Origin: the human T2T-CHM13v2.0 reference genome, Homo sapiens
Reading direction: 5' to 3' (one strand)
NCBI RefSeq assembly: GCF_009914755.1
Contig: NC_060927.1
DNA length: 64,000 bases
Part shown: positions 36,561 through 50,950 of the stretch, in pieces
How positions within the stretch are numbered: position 1 is the stretch's first letter
How the letters are laid out: each line of letters opens with the position of its first letter
Made by a program: the position numbers and the translations under genes
The notes under the pieces: generated by a model
The model's input: only the letters and a program-made list of their open reading frames with translations
Databases searched by the model: none
What the model was told of the DNA's origin: nothing

Positions 36561-39124
36561 CTATTTCATTATATCTGGCTTGATTTTTTTCATTAAATTT
36601 TGATATGTCAGGTTATATAATTTAACCTAGAGTAAATCAAGTTGGCAGATTAATAAAAAATTATTATTGGATTCTTCTGTATATGAAAGACAAAATATTA
36701 GTATGTTATCTATGTCCTTTAATGCCAATCACATTAGCATATGAAGTAAGATATTTTTTAATATTTTAGCAATCCTATCATTATATCTTAAGTGGAAAGG
36801 AGTTTTATGATTTAGCTAAAAGCTTTGATTTTGACAGACTTGTTCATCCAAATACTATCATAATTTAATTCTTTGTGTCCTAAGGTTAGTTAAAACCTTT
36901 GATCTGACAGGCACATGCATCCAAATGTACCGTAATTTAATTCTTTTTGTCTCAAAGTTATGTTATGTTGGGTGATATGTCTGAGGTAAATATGCCTTAT
37001 TTTTAATGTTCATAATCACTGAATAAGACCCACCTTAATGTTATAAATATTGTAGCGCTATTTCAGGTTATCAGATTAATGATACTGTTTGCACTTTATA
37101 AAAAGTAGATTAGATAACTATGAGAAAATTCTATGTAAGTATCTAAAACTATATGCTAACATTCTTTTCAATTTCTACACGTAAGATAGTTTATTGTTGC
37201 AGCATATAATTAATTTTGAGCATTATACAACATTTTTATTTAATTTTTTAAGATGAGACTTTTTTTCAAAACCCTACATATTAAGTCTAAAAGATCAAAG
37301 AACTCTGAATCAAACCCAAATTGAATAGTTTCTTCTAAAGTAATAATATTTTGTCATTTTCCTTATATTAGATATTATCTACTTGTAAAACTAAAAAGTT
37401 ATAAAAACAAGCAAAAAGCTTTATCTTTTTTCTTTTTATATATGCTTGAATTATTTTTAAAATGAGAAAACAATTTTTAATAAAGGTGGAACATTTCCTA
37501 CTCTTTTAAAGAGTTTTTCCTGATTAAATTTTAAAACTACTTAGGAAATTTTGCTTATAATCCTGCATTTATGTAATGGCATTGAGAATAATTTGCCAAA
37601 CACAGACCTTATAATACTACAGAAACAAATCCAGAGAGCTTTACTGACCAGCTACTGACTCACTAAATGAAAGAAAAAGACCATTCCCATTGAAAAATAA
37701 TATCAATATTGAATTATCCATCCATGGCATGGGGGAATACAGCATCTCTTCCAGGAAGTCAGAGATGGACAGGTAAAATGAAGAGCCAGAAAAAGAATTT
37801 CTCATAAAAGAAAGTAGAGAAATTAAGCTTTCCTGGAGGAGAAATGCAGCTGTTCGAGCTGTGGAATTTCAATGCATGCAGACCTCACATCTATCTCATA
37901 TATAGGTGTGTATACACTCGCTTCATGTGAACTTTGTGAAGTCAATCATTGCTCCATTTGCTAATCCCAGTTTCAATTTTTGTCAGCTGTCCCTCTATAT
38001 TTTCAGTGTAAATCCCTGTCTCTTTGTAATTATAACCAAAACATACATGTGTTTAATCACCTCTCTATCTTGGACAATTTTTGTTTTAATACTTGGGATG
38101 CCTTCATGGTGTAGGCCTAGGGAATCCTGCCTTGAACTACATTCAAGGGGCAGGAATTCTAGCTGCGGATTCCATTTCCCTGTAAAATTATGCAGCCCTG
38201 GCTGCATAATGCTGTCACTGCCTGAAGCAGCTGCTCCTGCTGCTTTCAGCATTGTACATTGTCAACTTTTCTGTCACTTCATTCACAAACTTTGCTCCCA
38301 CATTGTTCACATAATCATCTCTTTGCTTCTTCCTACACCCAGATTTTAAGGAAAATAATTATGAAATAATTTGGTAGATATAATATGATTTTAGAGTAGT
38401 AACTCCAGAACTCTTTAGAAAAGCCAGTTGTTCCCTTATTGATCTCTCTACTTTTTTTTTAACGTACTTAGGAAAAAATTGTCGCATGACTATTTACCGC
38501 AGGTCTGACTCAAGGGAAAGGTCATGCATGGCAGTAATAAGAAGCAAGATCCTCACAGACATGCTGAAAATTAGCCACATGGGGTTATAATCAAACCAGA
38601 TCAAGAAAGGTGACTGAGACCAAATAAAATGAAATGTGAATTGTCATTCACTTTTGCTGGTAAGTTTTGAAATTTGAAATTGACCAGCAAATTTCCTACT
38701 CCTCTTGTGTCTATAAACTGAAAAACTGGGAAGTTCATTTATTCTTTGACTACTAGTAATTTTGTAGTATGAGTAAATTGGAAAGTATGATTACTGTTCT
38801 TCACAATGTAAAGGTTTAAAAGAATGCCAAACTAAGCACTGCATTTTATTGTTGTTTTCCAAAGCCACAGGTAAATAAAAAGTTTTCTGTTTTTCTGAAA
38901 TTTTTGCATACTACTACTTTCATCCAAAAAACAATGTCCTAAATAGATGATTTAACCATGTGAGTTCACACTATAGCTGTGTCACTAGGATGGGGTGAAA
39001 TCATCATTTCATATTTGGATATATCCTTGGAATATAATTTTTTTTAACTTTGACAACTAATTTCCTGATTCGTTAAAGTCCCTAATGAATATACATAAAA
39101 TAGTTAACTTAAATACCTCAGATA

Positions 39125-39301
39125 GGCAGGTCATGGTGGCTGATGCCTGTAATCCCAGCACTTTGGAAGGTGGAGGCAGGCAGATCTCGAGGTCAGGAGA
39201 TCGAGACCATCCTGGCTAACATGGCGAAACCCCGTCTCTACTAAAAATACAAAAAATTAGCCAGGTGTGGTGGCACGTGGTCTCAAAAAAAAAAAAAAAA
39301 A
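39125..39301 (+). mobile_element. AluSc/Y-like element with most of the right arm deleted
   Basis: Left arm, then TTAGCCAGGTGTGGTGGCACGTG fused directly to GTCTC-poly(A). TSD ACCTCAGATA at 39115-39124 and 39302-39311. Confidence 0.9.
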
Positions 39302-39480
39302 ACCTCAGATATGATTATAAACCAGTGAAGCTTTAATATTTTTAATTAAGTTTGAATTGTGTACATTTGGGGGTGCCGTGTAAAAAATACATTTTAAAAG
39401 GAAGGTCTTATACCGAGGCCATTGGATATTAATATTTGTTGGGTCTAGCCTATGAAGAAATCATGGAATTATAATTTGAC

Positions 39481-39794
<314 letters not shown>

Positions 39795-40635
39795 TAGTTT
39801 TTTTTAACCCTTTATAAAATACCCACTATAGTCAGAATAGCCACTCAGAATATGTGGGTTAGCTGAATTTGCTATCCCATTGCCATACAAATTCTAAAAG
39901 CTATCAACTGACAGACTGTTTGGCAGGGGGGTGGGGGGGCTGGGGGTGCAGCAAAAATAGTCAGGAGGAATGACACAATAAAATATTACCAATCAATTAA
40001 CCAGTGAGTTGACAACTGGCCTTGATCAGAGCTAAGGAGAAAGAGGGCTCTCCCTATAATGAGCTGTGATTAACAACAGGAATTACCGAAATGTAATTAT
40101 AGCCAACTCTTCAGAGATGAGCCATCCATGCCTTGAGACTTCAGGGTCTCAGTAAAGATAGAGGTATTTTTGTTCTTGATTACTAAGATAACAATTGAGC
40201 CATGTTTTTAGATGCAATCCGGTGTGTCTACAAGCCTTCATCATATTTTAGAGTTATTTCCTTCCTACAGTATGTTTTTCAGCTTGATACTCAGTGATCT
40301 CAGGCTTATTCCTGGGGACCCAGAGCCTCCTGCTGAAGCAAAACATCCAGGCTTGCTCAACATAGACAGTCCCTTAACTTACAGTGGGAGATGCAAGTCT
40401 TGTGGCTCAACTGTGACTCTAGGAGTTGAGTGGTAGTAGCATCACCCAGTGAAAATTTCAGACTAAAAAAAAGACAGAAAATGACATGGCATCTCCAATA
40501 ATGTTTACTTTTGTGGAAAATTGTAATCTCCTTGATTACTTTATATTGCATTTTTGAAACTTACTCTATTATAGCTTGTTAAAGTTATTTAACTGTAATT
40601 TATCTCTCAGTTATTTCACAGCAAGATATAACAGA

Positions 40636-40950
40636 GGCCGGGCGCGGTGGCTCACGCCTGTAATCCCAGCACTTTGGGAGGCCGAGGCGGGTGGATCATG
40701 AGGTCAGGAGATCGAGACCATCCTGGCTAACAAGGTGAAACCCCGTCTCTACTAAAAATACAAAAAATTAGCCGGGCGCGGTGGCGGGCGCCTGTAGTCC
40801 CAGCTACTCGGGAGGCTGAGGCAGGAGAATGGCGTGAACCCGGGAAGCGGAGCTTTCAGTGAGCCGAGATTGCGCCACTGCAGTCCGCAGTCCGGCCTGG
40901 GCGACAGAGCGAGACTCCGTCTCAAAAAAAAAAAAAAGAAAAGAAAAAAG
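40636..40950 (+). mobile_element. AluYb8 (human-specific young Alu)
   Basis: Diagnostic 7-bp duplication GCAGTCCGCAGTCC plus GGTGGATCATGAGG, CTAACAAGGTG and GGGAAGCGG; CpGs intact. Confidence 0.97.
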
Positions 40951-42983
40951 ATAGAAACTCAGCATTCGTGAATGGATGAATTAATGAATATTCTTTATTC
41001 TAAACACTGTACAGTACCAAAATATCTTTTAAAAAGTTATGAAGGCTCTAACATTGCAGACGGTTTGGCATATATACTATAATTTGAGTACCCCCTCAGT
41101 ATTTCAAGTTGACACAATTCTTACTACTAAAAGTATTGCTTTATCAATTTCAAGCCAGCTAAGATAGACTTCTTTAAAAACAGATCAATTTTTGTTTCTA
41201 AAAATATATCCTAATATCAGGGTATTATTCTACCACAGAGAATTCACATTGATTGTCTATCCATTTAAAACAATATAGTTATAGTCTTTTCACAGTATTT
41301 CAAAGACTTGGATAAGCTGGCGGTGTAAACATTTCCTCGTGGGAACTTTATAAAATGAAAAGAAAATAAATGATTGATGCATACTCAAACTAATTGAAGT
41401 GGTACTGAGTCAACCAGATGTTTTCACCTGAATCATGCCCACAGATGCTATTGCTTCATTATCCCTTAATCTAGGGATTACCTCCATTGGCTAACTCGAT
41501 GACATGTGAGGGTTTCAAATAAGATTGCCTCTCCCTTGTAACATACATCATAAAGAGAGCTTGTTTAGAGACAGCCTACCTCCGCCCTGAACATGTTTTC
41601 AAGGAAGTGATCAGGGCTGTTTGTTTTTCTTGCTGTTGGATGTGGTCTTCAGTGAAGTCACAGGAATGGAATGAGAGTGGCCACAGTTGACAATGGAGCT
41701 ATTTCCACAGCTGGCTGCAAAGAGTGGGCAGTCCATCACAGATAAACTAGCACATGGGGATAGATGATATAAAACATCTGTCACAATAGGGATAAGCAAA
41801 AACAACGTGCCTTTGAAGATTGTGTTTTAATGATGAGGTGGGGGGTTCTGTCTCTATAATAGGAATGAAAGATGTGTTGTTGGTGGGCAGATGGCTTCAG
41901 GCTTGCTCTTGCATGAAATAAAGCAAAAGTATGTGTTAAAAATCTCTGACAGTTGTCAAGTCACCTGATTTTGCTGACCGTTCATTTCCTTGCCTATCCC
42001 ATGTGTAATCTATGAGAAAAGAAAGGGAGTGCTAGGAAAAAATAATGGCAGAAAAAAAAAACTGGTTCTGAATAATTTTCTTTTGGATAACTTTAATACA
42101 TCAGTATAATTTTAACTGGAGGCTGAGAGGTCAGAAAACGTGTTTTTGCAATAAGTTTCTTTAATATATTTGCATCCCCATGTTTTTTTTTATAGAAGTT
42201 TTGTAAGGTAATATAAAAATGCTATGTCACCAAGGCCACATAATGATAAATATTTCAAATGTGAATACCAATTAGTAGACATAAAGTCCTATTTGTTCCT
42301 GTTAAAGGAGCAGTGAGGAAAAATAAAGACATCTTAATAAACTATTTTTGATGTAATTATAATAGTTTGGTTTCCCACCCCATCTGCCTTTGAAAATAAA
42401 TTAAAAACAATAAAATTCACATACAGTTTTATTTCATATAGTTGCTATAGAAAAAGAAATCTTTGCAACAGACAAACTGATTGCAAATAAATGCCGAATA
42501 TTCTTGCACAATACAATTCTATATATACCCTGTTACATGACCAAAGGGTACCACTGTCACTGCTGTCCCCCAAACCATTCCACTCTGCTCTGGTAAGGAA
42601 ATGGTTGCCATTGCTGCACACTGAAATTTTGCTACTTTTGCCACAACCCCACCGGAAAAATGGATGTCACATTCCTTGCTCATTTATTATTTTAATCTGT
42701 CTTTCAACTCTAATTCCCTTGCAGGTGCTTTTGATTAGCAGAAGTCACAAATCTATATCTAGCAGCAAAAGGGTGTAGGAAATGTTTTTAGAAGGGTTTT
42801 CTTTTCTTTTTTCTTTTTTCTTTTTTTTCAATTCTACATTGAAGAGGTAGGATTCACACTGGGGGAAACTAATGACATCTGAAGAGAGTATTAAAAAATA
42901 AATTTCTACATCCATGAATGGCAGAGGTACACCACAAGAAGCAACTGGACTGGTCAAAATAAGAGATCTTAAAGAAAGAGCAG

Positions 42984-43300
<317 letters not shown>

Positions 43301-44119
43301 AACAGATTTAAAGGAATTTGTGATGTTCTGACAAGACTTGACTCCTGACTGAGTTTTATGGCTGATGAGGGAGAAGGAAACGATCAAGATGACTTAGGAG
43401 TTTCTTTGTTATTCTGAGAATCGAGCAGAGAAGAAAGAATACTCTGAGAATGAAAGAGGAAGACAGCATTCAGAGCGGGACATAGTAGTTTTGAGGTACA
43501 TGGGATTCGGTCAGTAGTTGGAAATTTGGATCATGAATTCAGAAGAAACACCAAGGCAAGAAAGACTTTTTTAAAACTTTAATTTTTAAACTAATTATAG
43601 CACTTTTGATTAATCAAGTCTTAACAAGCGGGAATATTTTGGAATTTTACTTCTAACACCTTATTTTTATGGTATGTATATTGAGCTAACCAAAATATTT
43701 CGCTGCTGTCTCTTACTATTCTATGCGGCATATACCATCTCTTCTAATGCTTGGCTGTCATAGCTATTTCTAACTCACTGGTTAAGCAGATGACGTTATT
43801 TGGAAAGAATGGAGGTTTCAGTGTGAAGGTTGCCATGAAAATATGTCATAGGAAAAGAAAGGGAATTTTTTTGTTAAAGGAGATTTTATGGGTAAAGGCA
43901 GAAATCGTATGGAGATGATTGAGGAACTATACTAAATATCACTGGCTGTCATTTATAACAAGGAGTTATATTAATATTACTAATATTATTCCAAGCTATC
44001 TGGCTCTCAAGCAAGAACAAACAAAGGACTTAACAAAATGATTGAGAGTCAAACCAAGAATCTTTTTAGAAGCAATGTAATAGAAAATTCACTCAGAGCC
44101 CTGGCAGACCAAATGCAGA

Positions 44120-44260
44120 GCTAAGCTTTCCAAAGTTTATCGTGAATATAACTCACCTGGGGCAGGCTCTAATTTAGTGGGGCTGGGGTTCACCTGAGAT
44201 TCTGTACTAAGCTCCCTGATGATAGTATCCAGTCCCAGGCCATACGTTGAGAAACAAGGT
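44120..44260. mobile_element. MER5-family fragment
   Basis: AACTCACCTGGGG...TGGGGTTCACCTGAGATTCTG...AAGCTCCCTGATGAT...GCCATACGTTGAGAAAC. Confidence 0.55.
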
Positions 44261-45774
44261 AGTAGAGTTTAAGAACATTCTATTAAACTAAAAAAAATGT
44301 TAAAATTAATCATATAGTATTACTGCTTAGGAGAAATGGCAATAAAATCTAAGCGGAATAAAACATGTAACTAAGTTTCTTGCACAAATCCTGAAACAAA
44401 TAGGACACTGAAGGATAACAAGATAAAGCTGTCTTTTATCTCATCTGGACAGTTTTAAATATATTAATTGAAATCTTGAAGGCCTCAGAATGTAACTTGT
44501 TTGGATGCTAATATATAAGTTTTAACCTTAGAATATGTCTGTTACACCAGGACATATTTTATCTCAGCATTAGAACACAGAACATGTCATCAATAGGGTA
44601 TATACTGAGTTTGAAGCATGTTAGCAATAATAATACTAATAGAAAGTGTGCTTTAAAAGGAGTAAATTAGTTCTTTAATAGGGTCGTGACTTCACACCTG
44701 TATCCTTAGATCTAGTTAAGTTTCCAGCCCTAACCAGGCAAATTCCTAAAAATATCTTAAAGGAGAAAAATATTCTCTGAGGGACCACAAAATAAAGTGC
44801 TTTTTGCAGCAAATTGCAGGACAAGGAATAGCTACTTTCTTAGTAATAGCCAAAAATTGAGGTGCCTTGTGACATATTTAGGCAACTTGCACTATAAACA
44901 ATGGCCATAAGTAAGATAACAGGCAGCTATTTCTCTTGATCGCCCCTGTGGTTTGAGCAATGATTTTCCAGGCCCATTTGCCAATAGGATCTTACAAGAC
45001 CTTGAAAAGGATTTGCAAGCAGGTCTTTCAGTCTATTTGTCAGTAAGGAGAAGTTTTTAATGAGAAGTTTTATGACAGCTCACAGTCCTGAGTCCTAGTT
45101 AAACCCAGATAAACATTTTACCAGACAAAAGATGAGGTCCATAAATATTCAGACGTCTTCTGGGAACCCTGTTTGCCTTATCATTTGGAAGAAGGCTGGC
45201 CTGAGTACTGCATCTGATGTGTGCTTGAAACTTCTGTAAGTTGAAAATGTGTTTGGAGGTATACAAAGTGATTGCTGTACAAATGAATAAAGCATTTCTT
45301 ATCACATGACAAGGTTTGACAAGAATCTCAGGCAGATATATGGCTACTAAAACAGTTCATGGCATAGCAAAGTCCTAATTTAAAAAACCTTAACCTACAT
45401 TTGTGGCAGTACACATTGGCTGTAATATGTACAGAACATCTTGCAGCATTTAACTGAGCATAAATAATTCTTCCATAGAATGGAAATCATGTCGTGAACT
45501 CCAATGTTAAACTTCCTTGGGTGGGGTGTGGCTCTCAGAAGCCCTGGGATTTTCATACTAAATAATGAGAAGGTCAAGCTGGCAGTGGTCAGACTGAGAT
45601 ACTGTCAAAGAAAAGCAGAGGAAGTGTATGAATGGATCTTTTATGTCCATCTTTTTGGCCAGAGAATGCTTCTGGTATTTCCATTGAATCTTCTTGTCCA
45701 GTTTGAGCAAGGAGCTGCTGTTATTGTTTCACATACCATTAAAGTCATCAGAGACCTGCTGGTGAGCAAGTGCC

Positions 45775-46240
45775 ATTCACTCACTCAGTCCATTAGCACC
45801 ACTAACTAAGCATCTGTTTTATGACAGACACTGTGCTGGGCTCAGAACCATTAAAAAAGAAATATATAAGGTATTGCTAATGATACCAGTGAACTTAGGA
45901 TTCAGGGAAGAAATAAAGTTTGATCATGATCAAAGTGTGTGCAAAATGTTATGGGAGAAGAGAGGAGCAAGTGACCAGTAGCCTGGGTCAGTCATAGGAG
46001 TTATTCCCCAGAATTTAGTATTTGATAAGAATTTTAGAAGACACATATAAACTGCTGTAGAAGCCTAGCGTTGCAGGCCAAGACAGCAAGGGTAAGAGGT
46101 AAGACGGACAAGAGAATGATGAGGAATACAGTGTGGTGGAAAGAGAGGCTTCATGTGCATGGGCTGGGGATCAGGCTAGAAAGGTAAATTGAAAGCTGTG
46201 TGATCCTCGTAGATTATGTGTGCTATGCTAACAAGGCCAT
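45775..46240 (-). mobile_element. L2 fragment
   Basis: CATTCACTCACTCAG...AGACACTGTGCTGGG...GCAAAATGTTATGGGAG; boundaries approximate. Confidence 0.6.
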
Positions 46241-46608
46241 CCCAGACCTACCTGTAGAAGCCTCTTTTTGACAGAGATAATGCTGAAACAGAGTAGAAAG
46301 CACATGCTCTTGGGCAGCCCTACAACTCATTCACTCTAACTGGTTTCTGAATAAGACAAGCAGGAATAGAAAAATGTCTTGTCCTGTCACTGAACTGTCC
46401 TATCTACTCTTACACTCCTCCAACACATTTAATGTAGAATAGCCATTGACTTAACAGTACCAGTGTCTTAAAAGGGACATTTCCACTATGAAAAACTAAC
46501 GCAGCTCTAGGTTGCACTTTGGGAAAGGAGGTCATTTAACACTGTTTCCCTTATAACCCCACTTAGAACAAAAAATAAGGAGAAACTGGTCTGCTCCTCT
46601 TCAAATTT

Positions 46609-46677
<69 letters not shown>

Positions 46678-46700
46678 GTATATATGCATACATATACATA
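46609..46700 (+). repeat. Compound (TA)n(CA)n microsatellite
   Basis: Read directly from the sequence. Confidence 0.96.
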
Positions 46701-47158
46701 TTGTTTTTAAGGTAGAAAAAATTAGGAACTAATCTCAATATTTCAAATATAATTTTTTATTATGAAATATATTTGGTGGGTAGAGATCAATGGTTTTCTT
46801 TCTATCTTAAAAAAGTATAGAAGGAGCTGAAATATATTTGATTAATCAATTCATTTTTAAGTGTCATAGCTTTATAGTCTTTTGTCTTTGATTTTTTTTG
46901 TCTTGTGCTGTTTTTGATTCCTTTAAATAAATTTTGGAGTGTGCAATACATCTGTATAGGAAAGCTATATACCATGGGGGCCCTGCAAAGCAAAGACTAA
47001 GGACTATGGTTATGCCACTAATTTTTTCACACAAATAGTCTCATTTTTTCACATTATCTACACCACAACACATGTATTTTTATGTAAACTACAGCAGTTT
47101 ACATGTGTCCTCTAAAATTCTTATCAAATACCACATTCTGGGGAATAACTCCTATGAA

Positions 47159-47256
47159 TGAACCAGACTACTGGTCACTTGCTCCTCTCTTCTCCCATAA
47201 CATATTTGAACCAGGCTACTGGTCACTTGCTCCTCTCTTCTCCCATAACATATTTG
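47159..47256 (+). repeat. 48-bp tandem duplication (1 mismatch)
   Basis: TGAACCAG(A/G)CTACTGGTCACTTGCTCCTCTCTTCTCCCATAACATATT occurs twice. Confidence 0.95.
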
Positions 47257-48468
47257 TGAGTGGTAGACACCCCCAGCTGAAAGCTACTCATTAGTTATGC
47301 GATTGGAATCAGAAGCTGATGAACACAAGTTCACCCTTTGTCATTGAAGCTCTAAGGTCCTTCTGAAGTGGCCTGGGATCTTTCTCTAAACAATTAATAT
47401 TTCCATTGACTCAGCAGTTATGATCTCCTTAAGTAGAAAAATAAGAGGAAAAAATATAGTAACCCATCTGTGTAAGAAATTTATAATCTTAAGATCAATT
47501 CTGTAATCAAGTGTACAAGTTTAATGACAAAATAATTAAGTGTCCTATTGCATATTCAGTCAACAAAATCCCTTTGACCGTAGAGTCCTCAAAATCTCAA
47601 ATTTTCAACTCTCCCTCAATAATGCAATATATTTAAAAGCCACTTTTCTCTATTAGGATTCTAAAGAAGCTACTGAAAACACCAAAAGCTACTGATAAAC
47701 TTGTTTCTGTAGTTTTAGGCACAAACGTCTAAAGGATTAAAATAAAGCATTATTGAGAATCCTAATTATCTATGTACCTGCTTTGGTAAGAAATACTTCA
47801 ATATGACATATTTACTTTATATTCTCATTCAAAATGACACTATTATATTAATAGGTACTTAACCAATAATTGAAACCATTATTCACAGTTGAATAGGCGT
47901 AGTACATAATTAGGATTCTTTTAAAGGGATTTCCATGGCTAAAACTAATTTGGCTTTAGTGTCTATTAATATTATAACTTTAAAAAAAAATACTTCCAGT
48001 TACTAGTTACTGAATCAAAAATCAACTTGAAATTAAAAGTGTGATTAAGAGTACAAGGAAAAAAATGCTATGTTTATAATTAATAGATATTCTGTTATTG
48101 GGAAATCTATGTACATGTACATATCTCTTCTACCTTTATCATATAGCAGTGGAAAATGTCTTACTTCTAAACATTATACCCCTAGCCCATAGCTATATAT
48201 CTCCATATAGTAGTCCAAATATCATGCCAATTAGTCTAATCCTGTCCAAGCATAGGAAAGAGAAACCCAGCTCTAGTTTGCCCCATTTCCAAAATAAATA
48301 GCAAAATAAGTTAGCACTCAAAAATAATGATAAAGCCATTGGAAGTCATGTAATAGTCCTGTTTTCTTTCATTGCACAATTATGGAATTTGGGAAATTGG
48401 TGTATATTATAACCATAATCTTGCCATAGATCTAAAATGTGCTATTAGTTGTCGGGAACAGACTGTAG

Positions 48469-48810
<342 letters not shown>

Positions 48811-48897
48811 TACTTTGTGTCATTTTTCTAGTTACTGCCTTTCAAATTCTTCCTCACTTTGTATAAATGGAGCTTATGGATATATGTATATATGGAC

Positions 48898-49093
48898 CAG
48901 GGTTTCTGAACCCTAGCACTAATCCTGGGTTTGCTGGATAATTATTTGTCGTGGGGAACTGTTCTCTGTGTTGCAGGATGTATAGCAACATCAATAACCA
49001 CTACCCCCTAGGTGCTAATAGCACACCTCGGCAGTTATGATAACCAAAAATGTTACCAGACATTGCAAAATCACTCCTGGTTGAGAACAAATG
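48898..49093 (-). mobile_element. MER20 (internally deleted)
   Basis: CAGGGTTTCTGAACC...GCAGGATGTATAGCAACATC...AACCAAAAATGTTACCAGACATTGC...GGTTGAGAAC. Confidence 0.82.
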
Positions 49094-50030
49094 AAATATG
49101 TACATATACAAATACTTTTTATTCTAATATATATATATATATTTATATGTCTCATATAGCATTAGTCAAACTTTTTTCATCAAGCAAATCTTGGATTTCA
49201 TCTTTAAGGGGATGGTGGTTGAAGATGTCATTAATGCGCATGTGTGAGTTGAACTATGGTTTTAAAACTGAACTGCCCCTTGGGAGAACAAGTTTTCTCA
49301 AGAATTTTGTAATGATCCATTTTAACGAGCAATCTCAAAATAACATTTCTAACTAACTACTTTTTGATTAGAAGTTTTATTCTTTCATCATTCTTTCGGT
49401 GAACTCTTATAAAGCATATATTATATACCTCACACTATAAATAGCACTATAGACACTAGACAGTGGTGAACAAAACAACATAATTTCAACCCTTTCAGAA
49501 TAAACAATCAAAATGAGAAATATTAGTAAATATTTACAGTTTGTCATTGAACTGAAAAATGAGTGGTACTGATATATAAAATTAATTTACAAAAACTGTT
49601 TTGAGTACTTACTGCATGCAATTCCTATTTATAGAGATTACAAAAGTTGTATAAACATAATGTCTTCCCTCTTGAAAGATGTAACGTGGAAAGAAACAAG
49701 TAGACAATAATAAAGGGGAAGGAGGTATTAAGTGCTAAAGTGAAGTTCTAGGGGCAGTGTGGCTTCTGGCTTACCATGTAATTCATCATTTCCCATACCT
49801 CCAGCATTTGTCAAATCCTTCCAAAATGCTTACAAAGTTAAAGGCTACCACCTTTGCCACATCTTTTGAATTTCAAACATAATTTTTTAAAGTTGGACTG
49901 CACTACTACGTTGGTTGGAAATTTATCAAGGTAGATAAGGATTAATGATTGTTTCTAAGAATTAGAGACATTTCTTACTCCTTTTGTTTCTTCTCCCCAC
50001 AAAAGCCTTTCTTAAACCCTGAACCCTCAT

Positions 50031-50061
50031 CAAAACAAAACAAAACAAAACAAAACAAAAC
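50031..50061 (+). repeat. (CAAAA)6
   Basis: Read directly from the sequence. Confidence 0.95.
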
Positions 50062-50809
50062 AGTTGACATCAACAAATGAAAGAAATTAGACATCCCTAC
50101 ATATACTACAAGACAAGGAATGTTGCATGCTAATACTGCAGAACACTGCATTTGGACAGCTATTCCTCAAGCTACCTTCATGCCATTTATATTATGAGAT
50201 CTCTGTTGCTATTAGGTATTTGTTCTAGGAATATTAAAAACTGGCAACAATCAGACATGAATAAAAGAATAATGAAATAGTGACTTAAAACCACCTTTTT
50301 AAAATTCATATATAGTTTTGTGTGAATAACTATAGGCAATCGTATAATACAAATCACAGACATTTTGACTTGAGGCATTTAGATAAGACAGCAGAAAAAA
50401 AGGGATGCTGTTTTTTTAATTTTCACTTATCCAAATAATTTTATTTTTGTTTTTCCATTTCTATGAGTTCAAATGCAAGGCTACTAAGATTCCAAATATG
50501 AAGGATTCCCAATGTGTTATAATAGAAGCCAAACTGATCAAATTGAAGCATGTCAGGTCATCACACTTATTCAGTGATTATATGGTGTGATTATTCAGAT
50601 AATATTTCTAGGTCAGCCCATCAAAAATGCAGGCTTAGCCCCTTTGAATGTTTTTAACAAGATATAATGTGATTATCACATAAAAGACCATGGCCTGTAA
50701 AAAGACTGGATTCAAACAAATAAATGAGAAACAGCGTACATAAAATAAAGCCACTTGTTTGCCTGTAAGAACTGTAACACTGGCTTTATACGATAGCAGT
50801 TTTTAGACA

Positions 50810-50950
50810 GAGCATACTTCTTAAACTTTAGAGTATATCAGAATCACCTGGAGAGCTTGTTAAAATACAGATTTCAAGGCCTAATCCCAGAGAGTCTAAT
50901 TTTTGTCTACTGCTGCTACTGATCCACAAACCATAGTTGGGGTGGCACTG
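50810..50950. mobile_element. MER5A-like fragment
   Basis: ATCAGAATCACCTGGAGAGCTTGTTAAAATACAGATT. Confidence 0.75.

Noticed and set aside
37906-38349. Longest ORF in the track (147 aa) and its antisense ORF
   Set aside because: Non-ATG start, no recognisable domain or splice context, and composition typical of translated intron.
39926-39946. G-run cluster as a G-quadruplex
   Set aside because: Only three runs, so it would need a split run; far from exons with no other support.
42725-42772. Good acceptor with a 48-nt open frame
   Set aside because: The donor AGG|GTGTAG lacks +4/+5 consensus and abuts L2-like sequence.
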